Shown here: piece after piece, positions 9,542 through 24,592 of the stretch
How positions within the stretch are numbered: position 1 is the stretch's first letter
Layout: every line of letters begins with the position of its first letter
Assembly: GCA_964016885.1 (NCBI GenBank)
Contig: OZ024743.1
Coordinates: forward strand, 128,216,001-128,280,000
From: Eledone cirrhosa
Taxonomy: Eukaryota
DNA length: 64,000 bases
Direction: 5' to 3'
Translations under genes and position numbers: made by a program
Notes under the pieces: generated by a model
Told to the model about the DNA's origin: nothing
Seen by the model: the letters and a program-made list of their open reading frames with translations, nothing else
Database searches by the model: none

Positions 9542-12072
9542 AAGGTATATATAAATATATAGACATACACACATATATAGGTGTCAGTGTGGCATCATTA
9601 TGTATATTTATACACATTTCCCTATCAATCGGTTCGGTGTGATCAGTATTGATCATACCCAACTCTGTATTAAATGGTTCATCAGACCTGTGTGTTTACC
9701 TCTATTTCCAAGTTTTCATGACATTCACTTCTTATTTTTACATAAACCCCTATGGTCCCTCCATCACCACCACCTAAACTTTTACTGTTTTTTCAACAAT
9801 ATAAATACACTTATCACACTAATTTTATTTTATTTCTTCACCAAAGGTCTTTTATCCACCACAATAAGAGCATCACTTAATCACCTTTTCTTTCTCCTAT
9901 CATAAAACACTCACTTTCTCATTTGTAAAATACACCCACTGCCTCCAACATTTTATTGCTTTTTCAACAATAATACACAAATACTTTATCACTTTAATCT
10001 TATTTGGTTTTATTACTAATAGTCATTTAGTTTATCTGACCATCACAATAATACCTCCAGTAACATTCTCACTCAATTTCCCTTTTATTTTGTTTTCATT
10101 TTCCTATTATCAAAATGTGCCTTATCTTGATTTACACTACTTCATTTGTACATATACATTTACTGCTCTACTCTCAGACCCTCAACCTTCTCTCTATCTA
10201 TAAAACTTATAAATAGGATGTTTGTTTGTTTGTACAGCACTAAATAAATTGATAAGATTTAAGGTTTTTTGTTTTCAATTAATTTGACTTCCAACATGCT
10301 CACTATTGACTTACTTTCCGAAAACAGAACAGGTGCGGAGAATTTACTGCTCTTTCTAACATACAGGTACTGCCTGTTAATATGTTATGGTATCTATATA
10401 TGGAGAGGGAAACACTACTCCATCTCTCACTCACACCACCTCCCCCCTCTCTCTCTCTAATTAAATACAACCTTTTCAGGTGTTTTCATTTGTTGTCGAC
10501 TGATCTGATATCTGACTCACTCACCAACGACTCCTTTTTTCACTCCTTTTTCTGAAATCAGAGGCGGAATGGGAGTTAAAGATAAGCACATTTCAGTTGT
10601 TTGAATTTATAGAAAAGAACCCCCTGGAGACCATGAAGAAAATTTTTTTCATAGGTTTCTCCACGTGTTTTCAACTATTCTGACCTCCAAAATTCCTGAA
10701 AACAGAATTGGGGGTGCCAGAGGGGAACCTATAAAGTATGTGTGCAAATACATCAAGAATGGTTCCAATGCTGCCATGTTTGCACAACAAAAATGAAATA
10801 TATTCGATGAGGTGTCCAACTTCCAACATGGCCAATATGTAGAGAATGTGGTGCCAGTGATTGATCTTCGGATTTTCCCAGCCGCGAAAATTTTTAGAAT
10901 GAGAATTTTTTTCTTTTCTAGGTTTTTTCGTTTATTTTTGACCGATCTGACATCCACTCACTCCCCAACAATTTATTTTTCCAAAAACTGAGGATAGCAG
11001 AGAAAATATTTTTTCCTAGGTTTTTTCATGTGTTTTCAACTAATCTGACCTCAGACATGTTTTCAATCACCTTCTTTTCCGAAATCAGATTTTAGGGGTT
11101 GTTGGGGATGCTCGGAATTTAGAGCCTCAGAGATTTCTTCAGAGGAAGAAACAGAGGTGAGAAGGGAGGGGCCCATTGGAGTTACAGATAAGCACCTCTC
11201 AACCTGCAAAGTGTTTATCTATCTCACCGTTACCTTCAAAACAATTAAAATCCCCCTCCTTATACATTTCTATAATGTATGTACCATGTAGTTTCAAGTT
11301 CTTGTATCAGGTTTAATGTACCTGATCCATACAACACCAACTCAACAGATGTTCTGAAGAATGATATTTCTGGGCAGATCTGATCTCCATACCTTTTCTA
11401 TTTTGTTCATTTCAGCCAAGACATTGGTAATTTCAATGTCAATGTCCTTTTTTGATAAACTCATCTAACTGCCCAAATGTCGATACATTTGATGTGTCAG
11501 AAAATGAAATAGCAAAGAAATATACTGTTAATCACACATTCTAGTCTTGTTCAAATCTACTTTAAATTTATATATTAATTTCTAGACTGTAATCTAGAAA
11601 CTTTAATAAATATCTCTATAAAATTTCAATAAAATATGTAAATTATTAAAAAATAATGAACAAAATTAATGATATCACTATTTTGAAAATTCAGTTTAAT
11701 ATCACGGTCAAATGGAGGTAAATACTGTCAACTCTGTTTATGGACATAAATGTGGTCAACAACAATGCTAGAAACAGCAACCAAACATTGAGATTTATAC
11801 AAAAGAAAATGCTTAACACAACAGCCAAATCTTCTTCAAATCATACAACTTATCATATTTTAGAATGGTATAAAGAAAACCCAAATCTCCCTTTTATTTA
11901 TTTTAATGACGAATCAAGAAAAAATATTTCAATATATTTTCAAGCAATTGTTATATGTATATATAGTTTGGAGATTGTAACGTCAAGTTACTGTAGGTTC
12001 ACCAAAGTAAGCACTCAATGCGTAGTCTTCAGTATGTACATAGGGGGTGTAGTAAGCAGAGTGGAAAAAATT

Positions 12073-12322
12073 AATAATATGGATGAGGTTTCAAATTTCC
12101 ATTGCGTTTATTGAAGTGTGATGTGTGTTCTGCGATTGATCAGTTCAACAGCTCAAGGTTCGATCCATATCGATCAGGTCTGATTCTGATTGCACTAACA
12201 GACGTGTGATGAGCTTTTGATTACAGAGTCCGATACAGATCGAACCATGGGCTGATCAATCGCGAAACACGCATCACACCTCAATAAACATAATGAAAAT
12301 TCGACACCTCGTCCATATTATT
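12073..12322. repeat. Degenerate fold-back element
   Basis: aataatatggatgagg...gattgatcag pairs with ctgatcaatc...cctcgtccatattatt. Confidence 0.7.
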
Positions 12323-12809
12323 ATTATTGTTATAATATTATTATTATATATATCAAGGAAGTCTTAGTTTCACGCTTTATATGGAAAGGTGGAAAGAAAG
12401 TTCGACATTGCATGAGCCCAACCTAAATGGCACTATATTGAGGGTAGCTGCTAACGATTGATTGTTGGGTTATTAATTAACCAATTCCTTTTTAATTGGG
12501 AGTTCTTTCATTTATTTCAATACTGTCTCTTCTGTATTGAAAATAACTTATTAAATGTAGAGCTCAAAGTATTTATTATGATCAAATATAAACACAGAAA
12601 ACAAAACAGACACACGTACATACATATGTATACAAAAAACATACGCACATTCACATAATGTGTGTGAGTGTGTGTGTGTTAATTTCTTCACCAGCAAATG
12701 TAGTCCGATTTCAATCAATTTTGTTAACATTGATAGCAGTTTATTTTATCGATCTCTTTAAAAAAAAAAAAAACTCTGTTACAGGACACACACATATATA
12801 TATATAAAT

Positions 12810-14560
12810 AATAATAATAATGAAATTATTGTGTAAAGTGCTCAGGTGCACTACAACTCGTCAATATAGTACATAGAATAATACACAAATGCCAGGGAAG
12901 TACATGTTTGTATGTGTTAGCTGTAGTGTTGGCGGATCTCGGGAAGCATGGAGGCCTTAAAGGATGCAGTGTCTCGACAGCTAACAACTGATGCAGGTAG
13001 TTTGTTCCATGCTTCAGCAACTCTGAGCGTGAAAAAATGTTTCCGAAAATCATGGGAACTGTGCTGTTTTCTTACTTTGTGGGCATGTCCACGTGTGTTA
13101 GACACATGGAAATCGAAAAGGCACTCAGGGTTGTTGTTGGCAACATGGTTAACAATTTTGTGGGTGTTTACCAAGTCAGTTGCCAGGCGTCGGAGCTTCA
13201 ATGAATCCATGCCCAGGGAAGCAAGGCGCTCAGAGTATGGTAGATGCCTGATGGAGGGTATTCGCTTGGTTGCACGTCTCTGAACAGTTTCCAGGCGGTC
13301 AATGTCCTGAGCAAGATAGGGGTTCCAGACTGGTGATGCAAATTCTAAGTGTGGTTGCACCATAGCTGTATACAGCCTTAAATAGATATCTGGAGAGCAG
13401 CTGACAAAGGTCTTGCTGAGTGATGCTAAGACACCCTCGGCCCTCTTGACAATTTTAGAGACGTGCCTCGTCCAACGCAAATCGCTGCTGACCGTAATGC
13501 CCAGGTCACGTTCACAGGAAGACTTCTTGATATTAGTGCTGTGGAGGGAGTATGTGGACGCTGGGTTTTTACTCCCAAAATGCATGGTGGTGCACTTGTC
13601 CACAGCTAGCTTGAGTTGCCAGTCTGAGATCCACTGTTGCATTGTGTCCAGGTCAGACTGCAAGCAAGATCTATAGTGTTCAGGATCTGTCCTTTTTATC
13701 TCAAGGTACAGCTTGATGTCGTCTGCGTACTTTAGTACTGTGGCATTCCTTAAGTTGGCATCTATGTCATTAATATATGCCACAAACAAAAGGGGGCCAA
13801 GAACAGATCCCTGAGGTACACCAGATGACATCTCATATGGTGAGGAATGCTGTCCCAGAACCGTGACTACCTCTCTTCGACTGAGAATGAAGGACTTCAA
13901 CCAGTTAAAAAGATCATCCTTCACACCCATTGCAGAGAGTTTTGCCATAAGCCTTTTGTGCGGCACAGAATTGAAGGCCTTCGCAAAGTCAAGGTAAACA
14001 ACATCCACCCATGAGCCGCCATCAGTGATCCGGGTGATGTCCTCAAGAAACTCTATAAGTTGATCACAGCAGCTGGAGTTGGGGATAAATCCAAATTGCG
14101 AGGGCCGGATAAGACTGTGAGAGCTCCAGAAGTTCCAAAGTGTTTCTCTGACACAGGATTCCATCAGTTTGGCGATGCAACTAGTAAGACTGACTGGACG
14201 ATAGTTCACAGGTGATGTGCGGTCACCCTTTTTGAACAGAGGAATTACACTGGCAGTTTTCCACTGTTCTGGAGTAGCACTGTTGTTCAGACAGAATTGG
14301 AAGAAGCGTGATAACTGGTGTAGAAGGAAGTACCCACCACGTTTAAGAAACAGGTACGTAACACCATCAAGACCAGGAGAGGCATGGTTGCGTTTATTTT
14401 TTAGGTGACGTCGCAGCATTGCAGGTGTAAATTCCATGGTTGTAATAGAGTCCGGTGTCATAGGTGGTGGAGATGGTACACTCTGGTCTTCAATGGTGAA
14501 AATGCCTGCATAGCATTCAGCAATGAGCTCTGCGCATTCCTTGGGGTCGTCAGTAACCTG
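12810..14560 (-). mobile_element. 5'-truncated LINE (CR1/L2-like) with uninterrupted RT frame
   Basis: ORF 12917..14665 has SPGLDG, YRPVSLT, YLDFAKAF, GVPQGSVLGP, YADD, ERDLG, LETVQRRATK and FFTLRV..WNKLP; (TTA)n tail. The first ~35 aa of the ORF are flanking DNA. Confidence 0.92.
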
Positions 14561-15059
14561 GCTTGTGTGGGTATAAACACACACATATATAAATATGACA
14601 TAAAATCTCATCAATAACATCAAGTCTCCATGAAACCACACAGTTTTGTAATATACTGGGAACACCAGTGAAATAATTGTTGCTGGTGGTCTTAGGAAGA
14701 GCTAGTAATAGCAACAAAATCTCCCTCAAACCATAGATACATTTAATGTGTCAAAAAATGAGAGAAATAGCAAAGAAATATACCGTTAATCACACATTCT
14801 TGTCTTGTTCAAATCTACTTAAAATTTATATATTAATTTCTAGACTGTAATCTACAAACTTTAATAATTATCTCTATAAGACCCCCACCCTCAAAAATAT
14901 GAATTATAATGCAAGTTATGAACAAAATTAATGATGTCAATATTAGAATAATACAAAGAGATCCCAAATCTCCCTTTTGTTTATTTTAATGTTGAACCAA
15001 AAAAAAAAAAAATTATTCCAAAATTTGCTCCTATACATGGGGCAAATCCTATTCGCATC

Positions 15060-16330
15060 ATTTTCTACAATCTTTGCCCATTTGGTCCTGTATATACCCT
15101 GATCTTGTCTCTCTGATTGTAGCCAGAGAACTGCATGCAGTGGATGAAGTGTTGTATGTGTTACTCTAATTCTTTAGGATTCCACATGCAGAACACTTTC
15201 CTCATCACTCTTACCGATTATTGATAGTTTCTAACCAGAGTTCTGTGTCTAGTACATGTAATCTACGGTTGGCGTGTTTATTTGGGTAGTCTATGGTAAC
15301 TTTAATACGATGGTGGATGGAATTTGCTATTTGCTGGATGATTTCCATGGTGTTCCTCTCTAATTCCTGACTGTTCTCCTGTTGGGGGTGTTTTCACTAC
15401 AATGTTTATGTCATCTATGTAGCGGGACTACATAGTCAGGGTTATAAAATTCTCATCTAAGCGTTCCTTAAGTCTTCTGTCCCACTATACGATAAAGAGG
15501 TTAGCTATGCCACCCACAATGATGACGCCAATGGCTGTCCTCTCCTCTTTGGGGATAGGTTTTGCCATTAAACTTAAACATATGTTCCTTAAGGGTTAGT
15601 TTTATACTGAGCCCCACCGCATGTGCGATCATTTTTTTTACTTCATCATGGTTTTCGGGCGTCTGCATGCATTTTTCCAGAGCAATATGAGTGTCAATGG
15701 ATGGGTATAGGTAGACCACATCCATGTACAGCCTGTCAGGTCCCCAGATAGATTGCATTCGTTGATTCTGCTGAGGAGGTCCTTCATGATGTCACATATG
15801 TCCGGGGCCATTTCGATTATAGGGCATATGATCAGGGAGAGGAAGTAGGAGAGTCTTTTGTTTCTAGCAATGTTAGCTCCACAGACTGGCCGTGTTGGTG
15901 GTCCTGTGACTGGGTCACTATTTGCTTTGTGGTCTTTGCGAAGCCCATACAGTGTTGGTATATTATTGTTCCAGGCCTGGAAGATATTGGCAGTCCATTT
16001 ATTGGGCTGTATTATGCTAGTCCACACCATCATATGAGCGTTGACGTTTTTTCTCCCTATCCTCATGCTCTTGTGGTGTTACTTGTCTTGTGTTGATGTG
16101 GGTTTGCATTGCCGGGATGTAGTTTGGCAGGCTGTCTACTGATATTCTGCTGATTTTTCCTCCAGTTGTCAGGCCTCCATTTTATTCTGTCTACTACTAT
16201 GTTGTTCTAAAAATTTTCTAAGTTTAGTTCTGGCTGTTGTGAATTGTGCCTCCATTTAGTCATCAGCTTGTGATGGTAGACAAGAGTGCTTGCTAAATGA
16301 AAGCGTCGTAGGATAAATGCACCGCATTTC
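15060..16330 (-). mobile_element. Degenerate Penelope-like RT remnant
   Basis: PTLYGLRKDHK, PTRPVCG, MDVVYLYPSI, FKFNGKTY.Q and RYIDD across frameshifts. Confidence 0.75.
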
Positions 16331-16759
16331 AAAAAGACTTATCAGATGGGTTATAGGAGGTGGAACTCCAGGGTGTATTGCTTACTATGTTGTTAGTATC
16401 AATTGTGTTGTTGTCTCTACTACTTCCACCAACAGCTTCTATGTCTCTCATAGCTTCTCCTGTAAGTTCTACAAGAAAAAACCAATATAGACAAACAACA
16501 CAGCACACAGTCACACCCCAGGAAGTATGCTGAGGTTGCACATACTGCCCTGATGAAGAGGAGACAGTATGTGGAAGCAGTACAGACTTTTTTTAAATAG
16601 CAGAAAACATTGAGAGACAATTGACTTGGCTTCATCAAATACAAAGCCAGTCACATCAACATTGGCGACCACCACAAATGCCATATCAGTGGCCACTACT
16701 AACACTCCAAATGTCACACCAGTGTTACTACTAATATCAGAGGCCTGGTAAAACTGACC

Positions 16760-17275
16760 AACATGTGTAAGATCTCCTACCTAAGAGACCTAACCACAAG
16801 CAATATGCATAGCACTAACTGAAACACATCTGACAGCTAGCATAGCAGATGTGGAAATATACATACCAAAGTATGTTGTATTTCACACTGACAGGAGGGA
16901 GAGAACTCATGTTGGAGTTGCTTTTTATATCTGTGAATATGTCACACCATTGGTACTGTTGTCACATTCCAACTCTGTCTGTGACACACTAATAGTACAT
17001 GTAAAGCAACTTTAAATGGTAATATGTGTCACATATCAACCACCAGATGCCCCCAGGCATGAGGACAAGTTTGAAGATAGCCGCAGAAGGATTGAAGAAG
17101 TGCTGATCAATTTGGATCAACATCCTACTGCTGGGATATTTTAATCTCCCCAAGGTCAAATAGTCTGAAGACCAGCCCCTCCCAGGAATGATGGTACCTG
17201 AACAAAGGCACACAGAATCCTTGTTGGAGCTTATAAACAGACTCTTCATGGAACAAATGGTACTTCACCCAAGTA
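16760..17275 (+). mobile_element. Degenerate APE-endonuclease fragment of a LINE
   Basis: IALTETHL, DRR...GVAFYI, YQPP and FNLP remnants. Confidence 0.55.
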
Positions 17276-17289
17276 GTGGGTGAATTTTC

Positions 17290-17996
17290 TTATAGCGCAA
17301 GCGGTGTAGTGGGATAACAGACAGGGGAGACTTTGTGTGGAGATGTTCAGGGTCACTTGATAGTAAAAGTGCCAGTGATATAAACCTTTTCCAATCCTAG
17401 GAAGAACCCATAGAAGTGGTTGTTAGCTTCTGTTACCTAGGTGGTATAATTAGCAGTGGATGAGGTAGCTTTGGGAGCAGAGTAGCTGGAATAATGATAG
17501 GATGGAAGAAGTTTATGGAGCTACTAACTCTATTGACAACAGGTTTCTCCTGATGAATGTAAGGAGAGCTATATGGCATCTGTGTGTAAAGTGTGATGCT
17601 GCATGGTAATGAGACATAGGAAGTGAACACAGAGGATATGTAAAGGCTGGAGAGAAATGAAGAGAGCATGCTTCAATGGATGTGTAATGTTAATGTGTTT
17701 AAATGACAAAGCATGGATGAACTGAGAGAGAAACTGGATATAAGAGGAATCAGATTCAGTGTACAAGAGAGACGACTATGATGGTATGGACATGTGATGT
17801 GCATGGATGATGATCGCTGGGTGAAGAATTGCCACAAAATCCCAGTCAAAGGAAGCCACAGCATTTGGGGACCTGGGCAGAGGTGGTGAAAGCTGATCTG
17901 AAATCACTGAAGCTCACAGGGGAGATGATAAAGTAATGTGATGGAAAAGACCCATGCCAACATGGAACAGCAGATATGAAATGATGAAGATGATGA
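17290..17996 (+). mobile_element. Degenerate RTE 3' remnant
   Basis: GWKKF.EL, MLHG.ET and RL.WYGHVM remnants; (GAT)n tail. Confidence 0.75.
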
Positions 17997-19119
17997 TTTT
18001 ATCATTACCTTGAACTTTGTAAGACTAAAGAGTACTCACTTCTTTATATTGTCTCTTTGTGTTGTGAGTTCAGATCCTGCAGTGGCCTACTTGGATGATA
18101 GACTTAATCCATCACCCAGTTAAACACTGCTACCTGGCTATCGTGTGACTTTAGCAGAGTCTGCTCTCTTGCAAGCATTCAGATGATGACTGCTCCAGTC
18201 ACGGAGACCCTGAAAACTGCCCTTCTCCCTCTGATAGAACATAAAAAAAATATATGGATAAAAGCATTTGGACCAGGATTTTTGCTTCAGGATACCTTTC
18301 TCCCACCTACCAGTCTTGGGGCCATGAAAAGTGCCATACCTTTATCCCTCCCAACAGTCTTGGGCCATGAAAAGGATCATTCCTCACCCTTTCAAACTAA
18401 AACAGTAAAAATAAAACTTGAATATACAATAAAGTTTGAAACAAGCATTAAAAATAATTTTAAAAAGAACAACACCAAAAAACGGGAATCATGTAGATTA
18501 TTATTATTATTATATTTTACTGAAATATTCTAAAAGTTTCCAGCTAATTGAGTCAGAGAAAGGCCATTTCTGGAGAAATTTACAGTTGTCTTTTATACAT
18601 TTATAAAAAATATGTTGATGTTTGTTTGTTTTTGTAATATATATTTATTCTTTTTCTTAAATTTACTCAAACATGATAAAATTGTTTGAAAATTTCATTG
18701 AAAAATTTCACATAAGGGAAAGTGCATTACAAACATGCACACACAAAAACATATTAGAGATGCAAGCATTAACAACACACACACATACAAACACATATAC
18801 ATATATGCAGATATATACACTGACAAAGGACATCATATTAGAAACAAAAGCATAGACAACATGTGCACATATAAATATATTCATTGACATACAAAAGAAT
18901 ATTACAGGCACAAGCATGCACACATATACATATATGCAAATATAAACACTAACTTATGAAAGCATATTATAGACACAAACATAAGCAACAAGCACACATA
19001 TAGCACACACAAACACCATACATATTATATATATATAAACACAGTCACATGCTAGATATATAATGCAATAATACAGTCGCACATACACACACATACAGAT
19101 ACTTACTCTAGAAGTATTT

Positions 19120-19950
19120 GGTTTGTCCCAAAAGTAAGGGTACTGATGTTTTATTTAAATGTATATTAGACATACATGAAATTACAAGTTATGTCCTTCA
19201 CACAATTTTTTGCATGTTTTCCAGTCCCCAAATGAGGACTCTTCAACTTCGATTTCAAACTGGGCTAGAGGGGGAAATCACATGGAGCTAGATCTAGGCA
19301 GTAGAGAGAATCGGGAAGAGTGGGAATTACAGGTTTTTACTTTATCCAAGAAATTTGGCTCGATTTCAAGTCTTTCTAGCAAACCCTGACAAATTTCCAT
19401 CCATTTTGCTTCACAGACAAGTGTTTAAGCAATAGTTTTGCACAAATTTTTCACATGTACAAATATGAACTGCATTTCTATCCAAGCCTGTTTCTTCTGC
19501 AATCATCCTAACACCTAATTGTTGACCTTTCGCTATCACAGCTTGCACCACTTCCACATTTTGTTCATTTGTTGATGAGATTGGCCTTCCAGAACAAAGT
19601 GATTTTCAACATTTTCTTGGCCCTCTTTAAAAGCTTTGTGCCACTTAAAATCCTTACCCCTCAATAAAGTGGCATCTCCATAAGTTTGTGATAAAGAATT
19701 AAATGTTTTGGTGGCAGACTTTTTGAGTTTCACACAAAATTTGATCATGTGCCATCGTTCAATATTTTCCTGCATCGCAAAAGTAGTAGAGTTTATAAAC
19801 ACGTCTGTACATAAACAGCAATAACTCACGACTGACTCAATCCATTGTATGTGCAACCAAGGTCAAACCAACATGCCTATATACATCAATGAGGTGTTGC
19901 ATTACCATGTTAATAGGAAAATCAGTACCCCTACTTTTGGGACAAACCTC
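19120..19950 (-). mobile_element. Internally deleted mariner element
   Basis: TIRs ggtttgtcccaaaagtaagggtactgat / atcagtacccctacttttgggacaaacc; N-terminal HTH IKFCVKLKKSAT..F.W.K.FKEG.ENVE. Confidence 0.85.
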
Positions 19951-20684
19951 TTATATAATATATGCACCAAACATTTTTAAAGAGGTAATTTGGTATTGCA
20001 ATATGTCTTTTACAAGAATTTTTATAATCAATATTAACTATTTCAAAATATGTAAGGAATTAAACCACAAAGATAAGAAGCATTGTTCTTGTAATAACAC
20101 TGGTTAAATAAACCATTATTTTATTAGTTTCTTTCGACAATCACAGATTAAATTAAAAACAAAACAACTTCATCATTTTGCAGTTTTCTTTCTTTGTTCA
20201 CTTTATTTTTTTATTTTTGTTTTGTTCAATGAAGCCATATATGAGAGGTTAAGCTTGTAAAGCAGGAAACTTCACCATACTACATCATAGTTCTTCCTTC
20301 TCTCTTTCAGTCTATCTTTCTTTCTCTCATTCTGTCTTTCTAACTCACTCTTTTTACCATTTTATCATTCTCCCTCTCTCCCTCTCAATTTCTATCTTCA
20401 AACAAAGAAAGCAACAGAGTCAATCGTTTTATAAACCAAAATTTCGAAAACATAGCCGACAGTTGATTAAAACTCAGCTGTCTTTTTTATTTTATTTACA
20501 AGGAGAAAAATACAAGAAAAAAAACAATTGAAAAGTGAAAAATAAAATAAATAAAATCTTGAAAAAAAAAGCAACAACAAAACAATTTATATTATATACA
20601 TACATATATATGTATATATATGCGTGTGAGTGTTGTTGTCAGACATGAGAATGAGTACTCAATACCAATGTAGAGTTTGAATAT

Positions 20685-20815
20685 TCTTTATTATGACTAA
20701 GTGATGAGTCTTGTTACTCTGGAGATTCACCTGTGTACTTACAGGGTATCAGACATGAAGAGTACACAGGTGAGACTCCAGAGTAACAAGACTAATCACT
20801 TAGCCATAATAAAGA
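20685..20815. repeat. Fold-back palindrome
   Basis: Arms of about 55 bp: ctttattatgactaagtga...gtgtact / agtacac...tcacttagccataataaag. Confidence 0.8.
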
Positions 20816-23800
20816 GAATATATATCTTTTTCTGTATGTACATATGTGTGTAATGGCAGTAGAAAGGTAGGAAAGAATAAGGCAATAGAGCAAAATATTT
20901 CTTTGAGAGCAAGACTGAAAGAGAGAGAAAATAAACATTTCAATTCCTGTAATTTATTGGATTGTAATACAATGTATTTGTATTTCTTATCATGCTATGA
21001 GTATGAGTGTCTGTTATGTACTCGGCCACCTACACATTCATTTAACATGTCTAACACTGGTCAATTAACTGAATTCTCACAGGATTCATCATTATGATAA
21101 GTCAGGTTAATGAAATTCATCCTTCACAAAACAAAAGACAATCAGGGAAGAGGAATGTGAACTCAACAGTTTAATTAATGAAACCCTCTTCAGTTACAGC
21201 ACTAAGGCATGTCCAATTATGTTAGAATGGATACAATATAAACCATAGTTCATGAATTTCACAAACATCAAGTATCAATAATTTTATATGAGAGTTACAG
21301 CTGGTCAAGTTAAGTGACGAAAGGGTTAATACCTGTCATCACCAGTGCTGTGTCCCTGGTTATGATACTTAACTCTTACTGGCTCGGTTTCTTTTGCTAT
21401 AAGTACCTGACTAAGTGCAATTTATCACTGTAAAGCATCAAGCTGCAAGGTAACCCTTTTCTAAATCACAAGGATATATAGAGTCAGTTTCCCTAGCATT
21501 AAACAGATATAATGTCTGGTCTGTCACTATTACCCACTTGCTAATTAAATATAAATTTCATTGGAGTTATCCCCCTTGAAATTGTAACTTTCATTTCAAG
21601 AGGAATTAATTATTGTATTGCAAGCTGATGAATCACTTGATTTTATAGAGGTGCATTCTACAGCTGTAAGTTATTTCCCCTTCCTAGTAGTTAGGTACAA
21701 CTTCATAGCTATTTACAACAACACAGGTATCACCTTAGAGTTAAATACCACTTTCCAGCAAGGTACCACCTCACAAAAAGGTAAATCTAGTAACTAGATA
21801 TCCCTTCACAGTTATAATGAAAATGATTATGTACAGTGCTCGGGTGCACTACAAGGTACCATCTTTACAGAAAACTAAGTAATTTAACCATGGACTCAGT
21901 GGACACCTTATTGACTCTGAAAGTCATGCTCTCAAAGGCAACAGGAGTATTATCTAATTAATCAGGGTTTCTTCAGTTTTCAGTACTGAGGTTAAACCAT
22001 TCTATACACTCAGGCTATCATAGATGCAATCACACTGTAGAATTGTCTAAACTAATATATATGATGTCACATAAAACTCCCTTGATTTCATCAGGATATA
22101 TTAGGAAAGAATGTTTTGGTGTAATTACAAGTTATTAACTCTTAATATTCCATAATGATTCAGTGAAACATATCTAAGGACGAGTTTGGTAATGCAGTGA
22201 AAAGATAGTTATAAAAAGCAGCAGCAAATTTAAGTAAAGATTTTAATTGTTAATGAGATGCAATCATTGTGTTGTTTTGTACTTTTCAAGAATGTCTTGC
22301 TAATGTGGAATAGGACATTAATTATTAAAACATGTCAATCAAGACATGACAATATAAGACATGGATGATATTTTTAGCCTTTTTTTTTATTTAAAAAAGT
22401 GGATTTTATATAACATCATGCATGATAATTCTTCAAATTCTCATTCACAGCTAGGTTGTGATAGTTGCAGTCATACTGTAAAATTTTCTAAACTAATTCC
22501 ATGTCAACTAATCCAAAGTCAACTCAATATCAATGTATTATATTTATATAGAAACTAAGAACTTCCTTATATGCTGTGATACTTTTGCTATTATTAAGAA
22601 ATAAATGACAGAGTTGACTGTCTGATCGCCAAAATACTATAAATTAGAGCAACAACAGACACATTCACAACTGAACTACACCTTGATACTTCCTCTCCGA
22701 GGCACAGACATGAGCAGGGTTTTTTTGTGGAAGACCAGCAGTCATCCATGCATGCAAGTTTCTTCTATACATCTCACTGATGTTCAAAGGAAAGAGGTGA
22801 GCTGTAGAGCTTAGCACCAGTGATGTTGCAAGCTAACTCAGAATGTAAAGGACTGAAAGAGATAGCAGAAAATATCATATCCAATGCTCTATCAATTCCA
22901 CAAATCCTCCGCCCTTCATTTATCAGGTAAAAAAAAATGAAAAGCAAAGGATTTGAACTCATGGTGCAGGAGGCTGAATCAAATACTACAAGGAATTTAA
23001 TTCAATGCTGTAATAACACTGCCAGTTTGATGAAGTATAATCTTAGAATTGTGTAGGTGCAACATGGTTAAGAAGTTTGTTTCATAACCATGAGTTCCAA
23101 GCTTCGATTCCACTATCTGGCATCTTAGGAGAAGTGTTAACTTCACATCAACCCAAGCCTTGTGAGTGAATCTGGATAGGCAGAATCTGTTTCAGAGCCT
23201 GTCAAATGGATTGCACTTGTAATTCAAAGTTGCAGCCTTGTTACACAGTTTGCCGTGCTGTATCTGCCTAAGAATTACATTATTGATACATATGTTTGTG
23301 AAATATGCACAGCTATGTACACATTAATATCATAAGCAGAGTGCTCCATTGATCAAACAACTGGAGCACTCATTGTTTCATTCCAATTTTAGAATTCTTA
23401 AGCAAACTACAGAAAACAGATTCGACTTTTCTGTATAGCTTACTATTCTAAAACTGGAATATTTTTCAGATTAAGAAATTCAAATAAATACAACAAATTT
23501 TATATGAAAATAATTCTAAAACCATTTCTATGGTAAGAACTTTACTGAAACAATCCAGAGACCTTCCATCCTGTAGTTTCTTATTAGAAAGTCACTAAGA
23601 ACTCTTATAGCTCCATATCATTTATGTCATTTGGGTTGCCACTGCCTGGCTCTTGAGTGCTTTCAGCAGAGTTCCCTCTATTTGAGGACACCTTTCTATC
23701 TTCAAGGTACTGAAAAGTATCATGGTCACTGCCCTTCACTCCCTAAGTTAAAGCAAACTATCCAAGAGCATACAAAAAAATGTGAGCATCCCTTCCATCT

Positions 23801-24510
23801 GGCATGAAGATATGAAGATATGAAGATATGAAGATATGAAGAATAAAATAAAGTAATGTTTGCTTAAGAAGTTAAATGCATTCGTGGTTCTTTATATCTC
23901 CTTCTTTCACTCTCAGGAAAAAATTACTCTTTGTAAATATACATTTCTGAAAATAGCTTTCTTAGTGGTAAAAATTTGATAAATTGATCATTCTTGAAAT
24001 ACTGAAGGAAAGAAGGTAAAAGATGCCTTGAAAAAATAAGATGGAAGATTTAGATATTCAGATGCTTTTAAATTTATAAAAGATAACTTCAAAGGAGCAT
24101 TGGAGGAAATTAATTCAATGATAAATGGAAGAGAATTGTGGTGTTATTTTTCTTTTCTTTTAGTATTGTATATATATATATATAAATGAAAGGTATAGAA
24201 AATATTGTAGCAAAAAGCCAACAGTATTCCATAATATATAGAGTGAGAAATGAAATTTCATTTTTTCAATATATATATATATATATATATTGAAAAAATG
24301 AAATTTCATTTCTCACTCTTAGTACGGCTGATACTTAAATATAAGTATGTATACGTACATACATATATGTATACAGATGTACAGTAGTATGTATATACAT
24401 ACATGTTCGGTAAACCCATACGTACATATATATATATATGTGTGCATGTATGTATATACATACTACTGTACACGTCTGTATACATATATGTATGTACGTA
24501 TACATACTTA

Positions 24511-24559
<49 letters not shown>

Positions 24560-24592
24560 AGATCAAAAGATGGTTAAAGGAGTTCCATATAT

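Noticed and set aside
9345-9545. AU-rich instability elements expected in a cytokine 3' UTR
   Set aside because: The region is AT-rich, but no clustered ATTTA pentamers are seen before the first AATAAA, so this feature does not support the cytokine call.
11740-12114. 124-aa ORF as a cytokine paralogue or extra exon
   Set aside because: No similarity to the cytokine exons; it runs into duplicated and fold-back DNA.
16540-16610. CTGATGA motifs here and at about 49258, plus CTGATAA at about 56277, as hammerheads
   Set aside because: No correctly placed GAAA and stems. The 49258 hit is antisense RT coding sequence (HQG).
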